Positions 39,966-40,948 of a stretch of DNA of 40,948 nt are shown here, piece by piece; position 1 is the stretch's first letter, and every line of letters begins with the position of its first letter. The DNA is from Dialister sp. (lineage in GTDB: Bacteria > Bacillota > Negativicutes > Veillonellales > Dialisteraceae). The DNA lies in the NCBI GenBank assembly GCA_021633965.1, contig JAJWRZ010000001.1, forward strand, positions 1 through 40,948. Direction: 5' to 3'. Under the pieces are notes generated by a model that ran no database searches, was not told the origin of the DNA, and saw only the letters and a program-made list of their open reading frames with translations. Made by a program: the position numbers and the translations under genes.

Positions 39966-40787
39966 TCACTTCTTTCCTTCCACCGCCAATATCACAATGC
40001 CTTTTTTATTGGCCTCTTGGAGCACGGCTTCCTTTTCTGCAAAAAGGGTATGCCAGGCTTCGATGGCAAGGACCGCGCAGCCGCTCTCCTCCATGGAGGA
40101 AAGTGTCGTAAGTCCGACCGCCGGCATGTCGAAGCGGGTATCCTGTCCGGGCTTGGCTGTCTTCACGACGACAGCGCCGCCGCGGGCGAGACTGCCGCCG
40201 CGCTTGATGCAGGCATCCGTGCCCTCGATGGCTTCGACGGCCATGACCGCCTGATCCTTCACGACGACCGTCTGTCCCAGATCGATCGCACCGATCGCCT
40301 TCGCCGCCTCGAAACCAAAAGCCACATCGGCCATCTGCGCCTCCGTCGGCTTCTTTTTGGTAAAGACCTGCGGCCCCGGCATGAGCGGCTTCAGATACTT
40401 CGTCTGATCCAGGACGGAGATCCCGTCTTTGGCCAGCTCATCCACGATCTCCAGCGTGATCGTATCATCCTTGAAATTCATCTTACGCAGACGATTCAAG
40501 AGTTTGATCGCGCGCATATCAGGAAGGGTGTGCGACTTGTAGAGCCACTCCTTCGTGACCTTGCCGATCATCGTGACCTCTTTCACATGCTCCTTCACGA
40601 GCGTCTTGATGACTTTATCCAGTTTAAAGGCGCTGATATCATAGTACGCATCCGCGATCGCGGCAAGTCTTGCATCGACGCCCGGCGTCACCGCGATACA
40701 GACCACGCGATATCCCTGGGGCCGCACTGCTTCGATGAATTCCACCGGCAGCGTCCCGATGCCCGCTAATAAACCAATCGTTTCCAT
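39966..40787 (-). CDS. lpxI: UDP-2,3-diacylglucosamine hydrolase LpxI
   Basis: IGLLAG.G.LP, DLGQTVV, AVEAIEGTD, KP.QD.RFDMP; start at ATG 40787 after GGAGG. Confidence 0.92.
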   Translation of the reverse strand: METIGLLAGIGTLPVEFIEAVRPQGYRVVCIAVTPGVDARLAAIADAYYDISAFKLDKVIKTLVKEHVKEVTMIGKVTKEWLYKSHTLPDMRAIKLLNRLRKMNFKDDTITLEIVDELAKDGISVLDQTKYLKPLMPGPQVFTKKKPTEAQMADVAFGFEAAKAIGAIDLGQTVVVKDQAVMAVEAIEGTDACIKRGGSLARGGAVVVKTAKPGQDTRFDMPAVGLTTLSSMEESGCAVLAIEAWHTLFAEKEAVLQEANKKGIVILAVEGKK

Positions 40788-40895
40788 AATGACCTCCATA
40801 GCGTCATAATCTTTATTATTTTAGCATTTTTTCACTGGTTACGCATTATAGAAATTTCGGTTAGCAGTCGAATCGGCTTTCCCCTGCACCCATTA

Positions 40896-40948
40896 AAAAA
40901 GGCGATGTGAAATAACGATCATCTCATTTTCGCGTTCCATCTGCCGCG
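40896..40948. repeat. 53-bp exact direct repeat, copy 2 (cut by the window end)
   Basis: Identical to 21567-21619. Confidence 0.95.

Overview
Core chromosomal segment of a diderm Firmicute (Negativicutes; Dialister/Veillonellaceae-like by inference from Firmicutes-type ribosomal genes next to a full lipid A/Kdo/Lpt set). Almost every gene is on the minus strand. The left half (1-20.6 kb) holds the L7Ae-rpsL-rpsG-fusA-tuf operon and the S10-spc-alpha ribosomal superoperon (rpsJ to rplQ). It lacks rpsD, carries an 89-aa zinc-ribbon-less S14, and its EF-Tu has Thr at the conserved His66 position. A collapsed ABC-transporter remnant lies between tuf and rpsJ. The right half holds a LOG-family gene, nhaA, tRNA-Arg(UCU) and tRNA-Pro(UGG), then the outer-membrane cluster lpxI-lpxB-msbA-waaA-lpxK-kdsB-kdsA-kdsD-kdsC-lpxL-lptC-lptA-lptB-lptF/G-DUF3084-like-RNase H-fold gene. 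The least-explained structure is a set of about ten composite intergenic elements in the right half. They are assembled from shared modules (a ~130-bp GGCGGCTTCGCCGC core, REP-like hairpins, a 165-bp TIR MITE, an inverted-repeat element) and framed by 7-bp tandem arrays. None occurs in the ribosomal half, and no mobilising enzyme is encoded in the window. All family calls come from reading motifs by eye; no searches were run.
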